From NCBI GenBank assembly GCA_963726745.1, contig CAVSDR010000007.1:77817-141816 (forward strand): a stretch of DNA of 64,000 bases. Reading direction: 5' to 3'. The translations under genes were made by a program, and so were the position numbers. The notes under the pieces are model-generated. The model was not told the DNA's origin and made no database searches. It was given only the letters and a program-made list of their open reading frames with translations. How positions within the stretch are numbered: position 1 is the first letter of the stretch; every line of letters begins with the position of its first letter. Of this stretch, positions 1-9,167 are shown piece by piece. Origin of the DNA: an uncultured Verrucomicrobiae bacterium. GTDB taxonomy: Bacteria > Verrucomicrobiota > Verrucomicrobiia > Chthoniobacterales > UBA10450.

Positions 1-869
1 AAGCGGACGAATGCGAGGATGCGGCCGAGATGATCGCACGACCGGATAAGGAGGCTGGTAAAAACATGCTCGCCGAAAAGGATCGCGAACGGCAAAGCCA
101 GGGCGTAGACCGGGACCGCAACGAGCGAAGTGAGCAGCGGGCGCAATTTCGATATCGGGTGCTGGAGCGAAACTCTTCCTCGAAGCAGCGCACGTCGAAG
201 CATGAATCTTCGGTTCCACCGAATCGCGGGTATCTCTTCGTAGGCGACCGCTTCGTCACACCAGGCAAACCGGAACCCTTTGCCAATCGCGCGTCGAAAG
301 AAGTCTTGGTCCTCAGCGGTCAAGAATTCCGCTCGGAAGAATGGCGGCTCGAGAGCATCGAGCACCTGCCGCTTAAAGAGGAGGTTACCGGTTCGGCCCT
401 GAGGCCACGAAAGCATCGTCCCAGTCCGATAGGTTGCTCGTTCGCAAAACCGTCCTTTGATCACCCAAGCGGGAGGTTCCACTTCGAAATGGGGTTTTAC
501 AGAACCGACGACGCCGTCGACCTCGCACTTTTCGTGCGTTTGAAAGAGAAGAAGCAGCCAGTTGGGAATCGGTAACTCGTCGTCATCGATGAAGGCGATG
601 AAATCGCCGACCGCGTGTGCCAGCGCTTCGTTCCGCGTGAGCGCAATGTTTTGGATCGGCTGCAGACAATAAATAACCGGCAACCTTGCCTGGCTCATGA
701 AAGCTTCCACGACAGGCTGGGCCGTGCCTTTTACATCGTTGTCCGCCACCACCACGGAAAAGGTAAAGCGTCCATCTGTCTCCTGCGTAGCTAGAGCCTC
801 CAAAAGGCGTCGCAGATAGTCAGCGCGCCGATAGGTGCAGATACAGACGGCGATGTGCGGCACCGCCAT
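1..869 (-). CDS. Glycosyltransferase family 2 (ExoM-like), runs off the left edge
   Basis: Manual translation from ATG at 869, preceded by AAAGGAG: MAVPHIAVCICTYRRADYLRRLL...VVVADND...NIALTRN...FIAFIDDDE. Absent from the ORF track because there is no stop in the window. Confidence 0.85.
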   Translation of the reverse strand, partial: MAVPHIAVCICTYRRADYLRRLLEALATQETDGRFTFSVVVADNDVKGTAQPVVEAFMSQARLPVIYCLQPIQNIALTRNEALAHAVGDFIAFIDDDELPIPNWLLLLFQTHEKCEVDGVVGSVKPHFEVEPPAWVIKGRFCERATYRTGTMLSWPQGRTGNLLFKRQVLDALEPPFFRAEFLTAEDQDFFRRAIGKGFRFAWCDEAVAYEEIPAIRWNRRFMLRRALLRGRVSLQHPISKLRPLLTSLVAVPVYALALPFAILFGEHVFTSLLIRSCDHLGRILAFVR

Positions 870-870
870 T

Positions 871-2595
871 TTACTCCTTTGCCAACAGATGACGCTCAAT
901 CAACTCTAGCGTCAGGATTTGACTGATCTCCGAGGTGTAATTACGCGTCCCCGACACGTGGCTTTGAACCATCTTTTCCATATGCGCCCCTTGGAGGAAC
1001 CAGCGCCCACGGGTGCGATCATCCAGGAGGATCTCTTTCACATAAGGCGCGAGTGCATCCCGATACCAGGTTCGGAAATGGTAGAATTTGTGGCGACCGA
1101 GAAAGAGTTTTTCTGGCCGGAAGGGTTTGATCGCGTGATCGAACTTTGCCAACCACTGGGGCATTCCGTAGTCGTAGGCGTATTCTGCCTTGAAGCGAAA
1201 CTGTTCGAAGGCGCCCTGCATCCAGCTAAGTGGACTGGGTTGGAACGTTATTCCACGGTCGGTTGGAATCCTCGCCAAGGCGGCGTTCCCTTCGCGAATT
1301 AGCCGGAGCGATGGGTCGGCACTGGCCAGAGCCAATTCCGGGGCGCGAAAACTCAGACCTACCAAGGCATTGTCCAAAAAGGGAGTCGCGATAGAAACCT
1401 GCGATTCCTCCACGGCAAGCCGTGCCTGGTGATGCCAGGGAATCTGCTTAAAGGCGATGAACGATTGCCGTGGCACGTTGGCTTCGTCCGCGAAAGTGCC
1501 GGCTGCTTTGGCACCAAGCGCAACCAATTCCCGGCTGAAGAGGCCCTCGTTGAGAGGGTGCGCCTTGAAGGCGACATTTCCTCGCAGGATCTCCGAGCCG
1601 TAGCTGCCTGTCACCCTCACCGGCGCAATCTTTCGGGCTTGCCGGTTTGCGTAGATTTCTACGGCGCCCGTTACGTCGAGGCCGCCGTCTGAAACCCGAA
1701 TGGCTTCCTCGGCCAAGACGGGAAACTCCTTGAGGAAATCGGACCCGATTTCGATCGTTGTGTGCGGCTGCTCACACGCCTCCGCCACTCTCCGTGCGAT
1801 CTTGACGTCGGTGGATTCGCGCAGGCTGCTGCCAAAGGTATAGCATGGCAATTCTCCCGCTGCTGGCTTCGCCCAAGCCATGATCATCCTGCCGTCAAGA
1901 CCGCCCGTCAGCGACATGCCGGCGTCCTGCTCTGTCCGGAGGTAATGCGGCAGCACCTCACGGAACGTTGTCTTTAGCGCTTGGAAGTACTGCTCTCCAT
2001 TGAGCGGCGTCTGGTTCTCCCAAACCGATCGATCGAAGTAGGTCTCCTTCCGCAGAAACGTCTCCGGGGAAAAAATCCACTTGGCACCCGCGGGCAAAAT
2101 GGAAATCCCGCGGAAGAGACTTCGATTTTGCAGGACGCAGCCACAAGAACAATACTCCGCGAGCGAGCGAGGGTCGAAGTCTCGCGTCTCCGGAAATGCC
2201 CGCAGCAAAGCTTTCGCAGCGGAAGAGAAATAGAAACCGTCTTCATTCTCCAAATAGTAGATGCGCCCAAGCCCATAACGGTCGTTGAACAAGGTAATCC
2301 GTCCCCGGCGCCGATCAGCCACCACTCCGCAGAAGCGTCCGTTTAGGCGTCCGTAGAAAGACTCGCCCTCCTCCTTATAGGACCGCAACAAGGCGCCGCG
2401 AGCTGGTTTTGGATAAACCTCACCTCGAAAAGCTACCAAAGTTTCGTTGCGCTCGTCCCAGCAAGCATCCCCGCCAGCGATGTAGGCCGCTCCCAGGTGC
2501 CACTGCTCCACCGGTGCTCCCGGAACTTCCAGAGACAGCATTCTCTCGAACTTTTCCCTTCCGAAGCCAGCTCGTCGTTGGATGAAACCTATCAA
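871..2595 (-). CDS. Asparagine synthetase-like (AsnB-type) ATP-dependent amide ligase lacking the N-terminal catalytic Cys
   Basis: ORF 871..2694: LNGRF...FNDRYGLGRIYY Ntn-like region and SLTGGLDGR PP-loop. Start moved to TTG 2595 because 2616-2688 is a tRNA. Confidence 0.8.
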   Translation of the reverse strand: MIGFIQRRAGFGREKFERMLSLEVPGAPVEQWHLGAAYIAGGDACWDERNETLVAFRGEVYPKPARGALLRSYKEEGESFYGRLNGRFCGVVADRRRGRITLFNDRYGLGRIYYLENEDGFYFSSAAKALLRAFPETRDFDPRSLAEYCSCGCVLQNRSLFRGISILPAGAKWIFSPETFLRKETYFDRSVWENQTPLNGEQYFQALKTTFREVLPHYLRTEQDAGMSLTGGLDGRMIMAWAKPAAGELPCYTFGSSLRESTDVKIARRVAEACEQPHTTIEIGSDFLKEFPVLAEEAIRVSDGGLDVTGAVEIYANRQARKIAPVRVTGSYGSEILRGNVAFKAHPLNEGLFSRELVALGAKAAGTFADEANVPRQSFIAFKQIPWHHQARLAVEESQVSIATPFLDNALVGLSFRAPELALASADPSLRLIREGNAALARIPTDRGITFQPSPLSWMQGAFEQFRFKAEYAYDYGMPQWLAKFDHAIKPFRPEKLFLGRHKFYHFRTWYRDALAPYVKEILLDDRTRGRWFLQGAHMEKMVQSHVSGTRNYTSEISQILTLELIERHLLAKE

Positions 2596-2615
2596 GTTTT
2601 CCGCGGGAAAGCGGG

Positions 2616-2688
2616 AGCCGGCGGGAGGAATTGAACACTCCATCTGCTGATTACGATTCAGCCGCTCTGGACGTTGAGCTACACCGGC
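2616..2688 (-). tRNA. Atypical tRNA-Thr(CGU) with no D-loop GG, a distorted T-stem and no encoded CCA
   Basis: Minus strand: GCCGGTG TA GCTC AACGTCCA GAGC G GCTGA ATCGTAA TCAGC AGAT GGAGTG TTCAATT CCTCC CGCCGGC T. 73-nt cloverleaf with paired acceptor, D and anticodon stems; anticodon CGT. Confidence 0.85.
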
Positions 2689-2711
2689 ATGCATTGAGAG
2701 AACAATAGGAA

Positions 2712-3635
2712 CTAATTGGCCCAGGCACTGGCTGCGCGCGACCGCCAGCGGAGAAGTGCGGTCTCGACCGGTTCAGGTAGAAACTCCCTCCAGCCGCGAT
2801 GAGCCTGACAGCGGAGCGCGAAATCGCCTTTTGCGGTCAGGGGGAGGTAATACCGCGGGACGAGCATTTGCTCGAAACCATTTCGGCGTTTGAACTCCAC
2901 TAGAGGTGCCGCGGCATTTCTCCCGTAAAAATACTGGCCGTAAACGAAATATGAGGCACCCCGGTCGACACACAGTTCAATCGCCTTCGCGAGGAGCGCG
3001 TTGGTCGGGCGCTTATCTTGGTGCGCCGCTTTAGAAAGGATCTGCATGATGCTGCCGACGCCACCGGTATAGACAGTTTTCAAGAAGCCTATGAGTTCGT
3101 CACCTAGATAGGCACAGATAAAGTCACAGCGATCCGCGTAGGTCGCGTTTTCACGGGTCACCTGTTCGATGGTTTTGCCGTAATGCCAAAAGCGCCGGCC
3201 CTGCCGTACCGGGCTTTCATCGTAGATCGCTTTGATTCCTGCGCTCATAGCGCTGTCTAAGGGTTGCGTGCGTATGACCACCCCGCGCTTGGCCGCCCGC
3301 CGGACGTTTTTGCGGGTCTCCTGCGGAATCCGATTCTCCCACCAATCCTCGAAGGTCGTGATCGGAACGACCGCCAGGTTATCCCACTCCAGTGGATACA
3401 GAAATCGAGGCTTCGAATCTCCCAGCTTCTGCGCAAATGTGAAAAGGTCGGCGCGCGTGGCGGTCCGCAGCCGGGCCGCGATTCTCTCCGGGTCTTCCAC
3501 CGGTTTCGGCTGCCACTCTTCATCCCGAATGGTCGCCGTTCGCAGCCATCGACCCGCTACCACCAAGGTATGCCCATCCACCTCCAGCGAAGGGACCCGT
3601 CTCTGGCTGCCCTTGATACTGACTGTAGTTTCCAC
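2712..3635 (-). CDS. GNAT/FemAB-like fold protein (putative acyl or aminoacyl transferase)
   Basis: WWENRIPQETRKNVRRAAKRGV and PTNALL...LVEFKRRNGF resemble Fem/GNAT_6 signatures (RxNxRKAxKxGV; FKxxxG). GTG start. Confidence 0.6.
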   Translation of the reverse strand: METTVSIKGSQRRVPSLEVDGHTLVVAGRWLRTATIRDEEWQPKPVEDPERIAARLRTATRADLFTFAQKLGDSKPRFLYPLEWDNLAVVPITTFEDWWENRIPQETRKNVRRAAKRGVVIRTQPLDSAMSAGIKAIYDESPVRQGRRFWHYGKTIEQVTRENATYADRCDFICAYLGDELIGFLKTVYTGGVGSIMQILSKAAHQDKRPTNALLAKAIELCVDRGASYFVYGQYFYGRNAAAPLVEFKRRNGFEQMLVPRYYLPLTAKGDFALRCQAHRGWREFLPEPVETALLRWRSRAASAWAN

Positions 3636-3637
3636 GG

Positions 3638-4369
3638 TTAGGCGGCTATCTGGGAGGCGCCTGCCAGCACGGGCTTCGTCAGCGTCGCGAAGGCATCGCT
3701 CATCAGGAAGCGGAATTCCTCTTCCATTATCGGGTGCGTCATCAGTTCCACTTCGTGGTCAACGCTGAGCGCGACGATTTTCGCGAGCCGCTCCATGCTT
3801 AAGTTCTGGGACAGGGCAAAAAAGTAGTCGGTCAGGCGATAACGCTGGCTAAGCCAACGATCAGAAATCCGGCGAAAGGTCCGGTTGAGCAGGTTCTTCT
3901 CGCCAGGACCGAAGGAGAAGTTTCTCCGGACGGCGCTTTGTTCCGGGATCGCTCGGGAGAACAGAAGATTAGCGCAGAGATGCATGTGCAGATGCCCATC
4001 GATCCGCGCCGGCGGGCGGCCGTAATGTCGGCTGAATTCTTCCCACTGTGCTTGGAGAGTGTAGTTGAGGGATTCACTGATCAACGGGTTGTAGACTAAC
4101 TGCGCAAGTTTGCTCGACTTCAGAAACCTGGCGACGCGTCCTTGGTGCTTTTCCAGGGTGTTTCCGACATGCCCCGAGAACGGCTCTGTGAGGTTAAGGT
4201 GGAGACCGGCCGGGATTTCATCTCCAAGAGCAATTTCCGCCGCCCGTTCTGAGTCGGCCATGAACATCATCGCGCTAACCTGGGTGACCGTCCCGCTCTT
4301 CCAGCAGCGGTGTGCAGCGTCCGTCTCCTCGACTGAGCGCCCCCAATCGTCTGCATTGACGAGCAGCAA
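3638..4369 (-). CDS. ChbG/HpnK (YdjC) family carbohydrate deacetylase
   Basis: VNADDWG, GLHLNLTE, IDGHLHMH and ELMTHP motifs. Probable TTG start at 4369. Confidence 0.85.
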   Translation of the reverse strand: MLLVNADDWGRSVEETDAAHRCWKSGTVTQVSAMMFMADSERAAEIALGDEIPAGLHLNLTEPFSGHVGNTLEKHQGRVARFLKSSKLAQLVYNPLISESLNYTLQAQWEEFSRHYGRPPARIDGHLHMHLCANLLFSRAIPEQSAVRRNFSFGPGEKNLLNRTFRRISDRWLSQRYRLTDYFFALSQNLSMERLAKIVALSVDHEVELMTHPIMEEEFRFLMSDAFATLTKPVLAGASQIAA

Positions 4370-4386
4370 AATTTGCCAGCGTTTTC

Positions 4387-5283
4387 CTAAACCGCGCGGA
4401 CGCGGCCAAACGCTGCCTTTCTCAGGAAAGTTTGGAGACGCTGCATCTGTTCGCGCCGTTGGAAATTCACCAAGTCCTGCGTGATCGGACGATCCGCCCG
4501 CCGAAGCATGGCCCAGAAGAAACCCAGGGTATCGGCACACGCGCCGAGAACATATGGCCGGCGGGTCATCTGGTAGAAAGTGCGAAAGAACTGCCAAAGA
4601 GGATGGTAACCCAGCCGATAGGACTTTTGGCCAAAACGAAAACTGGCGACCAGCTTTTGGCGGTGATTGGCCGAACCCATCGGCCGGTGATGCAAGCTAA
4701 CCTTTTCCGTGAATGTCCGCGTCTTCCATCCCTGCGCCCGAGCGCTCAGGACAGCGACCACGTCGATCCCCCCACCGGGTATCGGCCGGTAGCCGCCGAT
4801 CTCCTCGTAACACCGCCGACGAAAGAACTGACACGCGCCGGAGACGTGTTCGATATTACTGAAGCGATAGTCATAGGTTTCGCCCGCTTCGCTGAAAGGC
4901 GTTCCCACAATTCCCAGTTCCGGGTCGGCTTCGAGCTTTTGCAGGAGATACTCAAAGTAAGTCTCATCAAAGGAGAGGTCCGCATCGAGGCTGGCCAGGT
5001 AACTGTGATCGAGCTCGCTGACCGCTGCGTAACCCGCCGCAATGCAGCCGGCCTTTCCCGCAAAGTTCCGCGCCTGGCGTTCTGGCGACCGGAGTAACTG
5101 AATCCAAGAATGCTGCGCCGCATACTCGCCTACAATCTCGTCCGTCCCATCCGTTGAACCGTCACTTACAATCACCCAGCGCAAGGGCAACACAGTTTGC
5201 CGAACGACCGAATCGAGCGTGAGGCGAATGAACTGGGCTTCATTGCGCGCAGGCGTGATGAGCAGGTAGGCCGGCGCCGTCAT
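4387..5283 (-). CDS. Glycosyltransferase family 2
   Basis: LITPARNEA, VSDGSTDGT, LDAD. Confidence 0.9.
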   Translation of the reverse strand: MTAPAYLLITPARNEAQFIRLTLDSVVRQTVLPLRWVIVSDGSTDGTDEIVGEYAAQHSWIQLLRSPERQARNFAGKAGCIAAGYAAVSELDHSYLASLDADLSFDETYFEYLLQKLEADPELGIVGTPFSEAGETYDYRFSNIEHVSGACQFFRRRCYEEIGGYRPIPGGGIDVVAVLSARAQGWKTRTFTEKVSLHHRPMGSANHRQKLVASFRFGQKSYRLGYHPLWQFFRTFYQMTRRPYVLGACADTLGFFWAMLRRADRPITQDLVNFQRREQMQRLQTFLRKAAFGRVRAV

Positions 5284-5293
5284 TCTCTTTGCC

Positions 5294-6490
5294 TTAAACG
5301 GCTACTTCGACGCCCGCAGGCTTTGCGACGCGTTCACAAAGTGCTGCCAAACCTTTGAACATGGTCGCCTGCCCCCAGTGAAGCATGGGCGTCTTTGCGG
5401 TCACGAAAGGATATTGCCGGTAGTAGAAGAATCCCTCTTGATCCTGCATGTGCTCGATCGTCCAGGTGGCGACTCGCTCCGCTAAAGTCAGCGACTCCGG
5501 GTCGTCCTCGGAAAGCACGGCCAGCGTATCGATCGCCTGCGCCGCGCATTGGATGTCCACCGGAAAAGTCCGATTGTCGTAATACTTCGGGCGTCCAGTA
5601 GGCTCGAAAAAGTTTCGCTTAAAATACTCGAGTCCTTTGCGAAGGTTCTCTCCGAAAGCGGCCTCGCCCGTCGCCTGGATGAAGCGATGGAGGCTTTCCA
5701 GGTTATAGCCGGTGTGAAAGCTGTCGAACCAGCGATACTTCTCCTCCTCGCCATACCACCAGCCGCCATCGCCATGTTGCCGGCTGCAACTATAGAGCAT
5801 CGCTTCCTGCGCCACGCGAAGGTAGCTCTCGTTACCATTCTGGGCGGCTGTCCGCGCCAGCATGGCGGCGCCGAGCATATTTGAGTTGTGGATCGAACTT
5901 TGCACCTCGGCGAGATAGCTGATGCAACTCCCGCTGGAGGTTTTTTCCCGGGGCAGGTCCATGATCCAATCACATACGCTCTCCGCGATTCGGAGAAACC
6001 AGCGGTCTTGCGTCAGTTCGTAGGCCAGCACGTAGGCCTGGCCAATGAGTGCCGTCCACACAATGATCGGATCGTTGCTGGTGTAGCGGCCGCCACGCGA
6101 AGCGAAGTCGAAATGGTTACTCCAGCTGTGGTGCTGGAAGCGCGCCACTTTGTGTTGGTCGAGCCAGCGCAAGCAATCCGCTGCCTTCTCCAGGAAACTG
6201 ACCTCGCCCGTTGTCCGATAGCGTTTCAGGTAACCCCACGCCATGTAACCGCGGCCCTTGGTCGAATCCTTCGGCTGCACGCCAAGGAGCGGACGGAGGT
6301 TGATGGGAGACTGCCGGATTGCCTGGAGGAGAAGGCGCTCGCCAAAAATACTGCCAAATAATAAGGGCCGCGCCCACGAGGAAAGGCCGTCAAAAGGTTC
6401 GTAGCCTTTGTAGCTCTGCCCTTCGACCCAGCGCTGCACGCGATCGAGGCTGTCGATAAACTTAGCTGCCTTTGATTGGATCTCCTCCAT
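5294..6490 (-). CDS. Alpha/alpha-toroid (six-hairpin glycosidase/epimerase-like) protein of EPS loci
   Basis: Helical repeats with IHNSNMLGA, DSFHTG and WGQATMF. Start at MEEIQSK (ATG 6490), adjacent to the upstream stop. Confidence 0.55.
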   Translation of the reverse strand: MEEIQSKAAKFIDSLDRVQRWVEGQSYKGYEPFDGLSSWARPLLFGSIFGERLLLQAIRQSPINLRPLLGVQPKDSTKGRGYMAWGYLKRYRTTGEVSFLEKAADCLRWLDQHKVARFQHHSWSNHFDFASRGGRYTSNDPIIVWTALIGQAYVLAYELTQDRWFLRIAESVCDWIMDLPREKTSSGSCISYLAEVQSSIHNSNMLGAAMLARTAAQNGNESYLRVAQEAMLYSCSRQHGDGGWWYGEEEKYRWFDSFHTGYNLESLHRFIQATGEAAFGENLRKGLEYFKRNFFEPTGRPKYYDNRTFPVDIQCAAQAIDTLAVLSEDDPESLTLAERVATWTIEHMQDQEGFFYYRQYPFVTAKTPMLHWGQATMFKGLAALCERVAKPAGVEVAV

Positions 6491-6491
6491 A

Positions 6492-7637
6492 TCAGGCAGC
6501 GCTGCGCGCGACTTCGGCCGAACCGCGAGCAGCGTCCGGCTGTTGGAAAAACTCGCGGATGGCGCTGCAAACGTATTCACACGCTGCGTCACTCATCTCC
6601 GGATAGATTGGGAGCGAAAGAATGCGGGACTGGTTTGCGTGCGCGTTGGGGTAGTCCGCCGGCGTCGACTTTAAGCGGGCGTAAGCCGGAAGAAACGGGA
6701 GCGCTTTCGGGTAGTTCAAGACCGTGTCGATGCCAGCATCCTTCAGGTGCGCGCGGAGTTCATCGCGGCGGTCGGTGCGGATGACGTAGAGGTGGTAAAC
6801 GTGCTCGCGACCGGGCGCGACTTTCGGGAGGGTCAGACCGGGAAGGTCGCGCAGGAGTTCATCGTAACGCGCGGCCACGCGCTGGCGAGCGGCGGTCCAT
6901 TCGCGCAGGTGAGGTAATTTAGCCGACAAGATGGCGGCCTGCAGGCCGTCGAGCCGGCTATTGATGCCTTCCATGACATGATCCCCTTTTCCGCCGTGAC
7001 GTGCGTAGGTTGCGGTCCATTCGGCTAGCTTGGCGTCGTTGGTCACGAGGCATCCGGCATCGCCATAGGCGCCGAGGTTCTTGCCGGGATAAAAGGAGAA
7101 GGTCGCCGCGTTGCCGAAGGTGCCAACGGTCTGGCCTTGAAACTTCGCCAGATGCGCTTGCGCGCAATCTTCCAGGACCCAGAGCCCGCGTTCGTTAGCC
7201 AGCGACATGATCGCGCCCATGTCGGCTGGTTGCCCGTAAAGGTGCACCGGAATGATCCCTACGGTTCGCGGTCCGATTTTTTCCGCGAGCTTTACCGGAT
7301 CGATCGTGAAGGTCTCTCTATCGGTGTCGCAAAAGACCACCTGGCCGCCGGCCTGTGTGATCGCCTCCGAGCTGGAGATCCAGGAGTGCGCGGTGGTGAT
7401 GACCTCGTCGCCCGGTTGAAGTCCAAGACCGCGGAGCGCGATGTAGATCGCGTCGGTCCCGTTCGCGCAGGAGACGCAATGCTTCGTGCCCACGGCGGCC
7501 GCCCATTCCTTCTCGAAAGCATCGACGTATGGGCCGCGAATGTAGGAGGACTTCGCGATGACGTCGGCAATGACCGCATCGATCTCGGACTTGATCGTAA
7601 GATACTGCGCGTGCAGGTCGACGAAGGGAATTTTCAT
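6492..7637 (-). CDS. DegT/DnrJ/EryC1/StrS sugar aminotransferase
   Basis: MKIPFVDL, VHLYGQ, EDCAQAH, FSFYPGKNLGAYGDAG, NSRLDGLQAA. Confidence 0.95.
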   Translation of the reverse strand: MKIPFVDLHAQYLTIKSEIDAVIADVIAKSSYIRGPYVDAFEKEWAAAVGTKHCVSCANGTDAIYIALRGLGLQPGDEVITTAHSWISSSEAITQAGGQVVFCDTDRETFTIDPVKLAEKIGPRTVGIIPVHLYGQPADMGAIMSLANERGLWVLEDCAQAHLAKFQGQTVGTFGNAATFSFYPGKNLGAYGDAGCLVTNDAKLAEWTATYARHGGKGDHVMEGINSRLDGLQAAILSAKLPHLREWTAARQRVAARYDELLRDLPGLTLPKVAPGREHVYHLYVIRTDRRDELRAHLKDAGIDTVLNYPKALPFLPAYARLKSTPADYPNAHANQSRILSLPIYPEMSDAACEYVCSAIREFFQQPDAARGSAEVARSAA

Positions 7638-8116
7638 GAGGCAGAAGGATTGATCGGGCGCAGGAGCCGGGCGGGATTACCGGCGTAGATGCCAGGCTCC
7701 GAAATGTCCTTGGTTACGACCGAGCCGGCGCCAATGACCACGTGGTCGCAGATGCTCACCGGGAGGACGGTCACGTTCGTCCCGATGCTGACGTGATGGC
7801 CGATGACGGTATTTCGCCAGAGGTCGCGGCGGCCTTTGGCTGGACCGCCGATGGCAAAGAGATCGTTCACAAACATCGCGCCGTGCGAGATGAAACAATC
7901 GTCGCCGATCGTGACCAATTCGCAGATAAAAGCGTGTGACTGCACCCGGCAACGCTGCCCGATGACGACGCCGCTTTGGATTTCCACGAACGGTCCGATG
8001 AAGCTTCCGTCGCCGATGGTGCAGCCATAGAGATTGGCCGGCTCGACCACGGTGACATCCCGGCCGAAGGAGACGTTTACCAAGCCGCTGCGCAGGATGC
8101 GGGGAGAGTCGCTCAC
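7634..8116 (-). CDS. Hexapeptide-repeat sugar N-acyltransferase (WbpD/WlbB-like)
   Basis: NLYGCTIG...IGPFVEIQ...IGAGSVVTKD...GNPAR. Confidence 0.9.
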   Translation of the reverse strand: MSDSPRILRSGLVNVSFGRDVTVVEPANLYGCTIGDGSFIGPFVEIQSGVVIGQRCRVQSHAFICELVTIGDDCFISHGAMFVNDLFAIGGPAKGRRDLWRNTVIGHHVSIGTNVTVLPVSICDHVVIGAGSVVTKDISEPGIYAGNPARLLRPINPSAS

Positions 8117-9159
8117 GCCGTTGCCCCCTTAGCCAAATGACCGTTCCAAGGCCGCGCGCGCTCGAGAATGGAGACCACGCCACGCGCGTGTGACAGGCCG
8201 GTCTGAGGTTCGCGGCCTTCGCGCACGCAATCGCGGAAGTGTTCCGCTTCCACCCGCAGAGGCTCGGTGAACTTTACCTGCGGAATGACAATATCGCCGC
8301 TGCGATAGTTAAACTGCGCGATCTGCGGGTGATCGAAGTCCATGTTTTCACCAAGGATCGCGCGCCGGTCGATCCCCTTGTCGTAAATCGTGATCTTGTT
8401 CTCCGCGATGTCGTCGTAGACGACCATCTTGCGCGAGCCGACGATAATCATCTTGCGGACCTTCTGCGGGTCGAGCCAGCTCACGTGGATATTGGCGATG
8501 ACTTTGCCAGGATACTCAAGGCTCAGGAAGACCACGTCGTCGATCCCCTCCTGCATGTAAGCCATGCCTTGCCGGCAAATGGAAATCGGCTCGGGATTTC
8601 CCAGCCAATACTGGATGATGCTGATGTCGTGCGGCGCAAAGTTCCAGAGCGCATCAATGTCGGAACGGATGCGGCCGAGGTTCAAACGCTGACTGTAGAT
8701 GTAGCGCACTTCGCCGAGATCCCCGGCGTCGATCAGCCCCTTCACGTAACGCACGGCGGCGTTGTAGACGAAGGTGTGGCCGGTCATGACCACGAGCCCG
8801 CGCTCGCGGGCGCAACGCGCGAGCTCATCGACTTCCGAGGCTTTGGTAGCCAGCGGTTTCTCGACAAAGACGTGCTTGCCGGCTTCGAGCATTTGCTGCG
8901 CGAGCTGGAAATGGCTCGCGGCTGGCGTGGCGATCACGACTGCTTTCACCTCCGGATCCCGCACAACCTCATCGACCGATCCCAGCGCGCGGCTCTTCGG
9001 GAAATTTGCTTCGACAAAGGCCCGGCGTTCCTCGCTGGCGTCGACCACATACTTAACGTGGCAATCGCGCAGCGCGGAGAAATTGCGCAGGAGATTCGGT
9101 CCCCAATACCCGCAGCCGAGCTGCGCGAGGACGAAAGGTTCAGGAGCGGTGGAGGTCAA
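8113..9159 (-). CDS. Gfo/Idh/MocA NAD-dependent sugar dehydrogenase
   Basis: GCGYWGPNLLRNF, KHVFVEKP, APHD, SWLDPQKVR. Probable TTG start at 9159. Confidence 0.9.
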   Translation of the reverse strand: MTSTAPEPFVLAQLGCGYWGPNLLRNFSALRDCHVKYVVDASEERRAFVEANFPKSRALGSVDEVVRDPEVKAVVIATPAASHFQLAQQMLEAGKHVFVEKPLATKASEVDELARCARERGLVVMTGHTFVYNAAVRYVKGLIDAGDLGEVRYIYSQRLNLGRIRSDIDALWNFAPHDISIIQYWLGNPEPISICRQGMAYMQEGIDDVVFLSLEYPGKVIANIHVSWLDPQKVRKMIIVGSRKMVVYDDIAENKITIYDKGIDRRAILGENMDFDHPQIAQFNYRSGDIVIPQVKFTEPLRVEAEHFRDCVREGREPQTGLSHARGVVSILERARPWNGHLAKGATA

Positions 9160-9167
9160 AGTAAGAC

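Noticed and set aside
30..575. Plus-strand 181-aa ORF
   Set aside because: Antisense shadow of the GT2 gene on the minus strand.
2616..2688. tRNA as a prophage or island attachment site
   Set aside because: No integrase and no duplicated tRNA 3' end were seen in the window, and it sits mid-operon.
2596..2694. N-terminal extension MHAGVAQRPERLNRNQQMECSIPPAGS of ORF 871..2694
   Set aside because: It is a read-through translation of the tRNA sequence, not protein.
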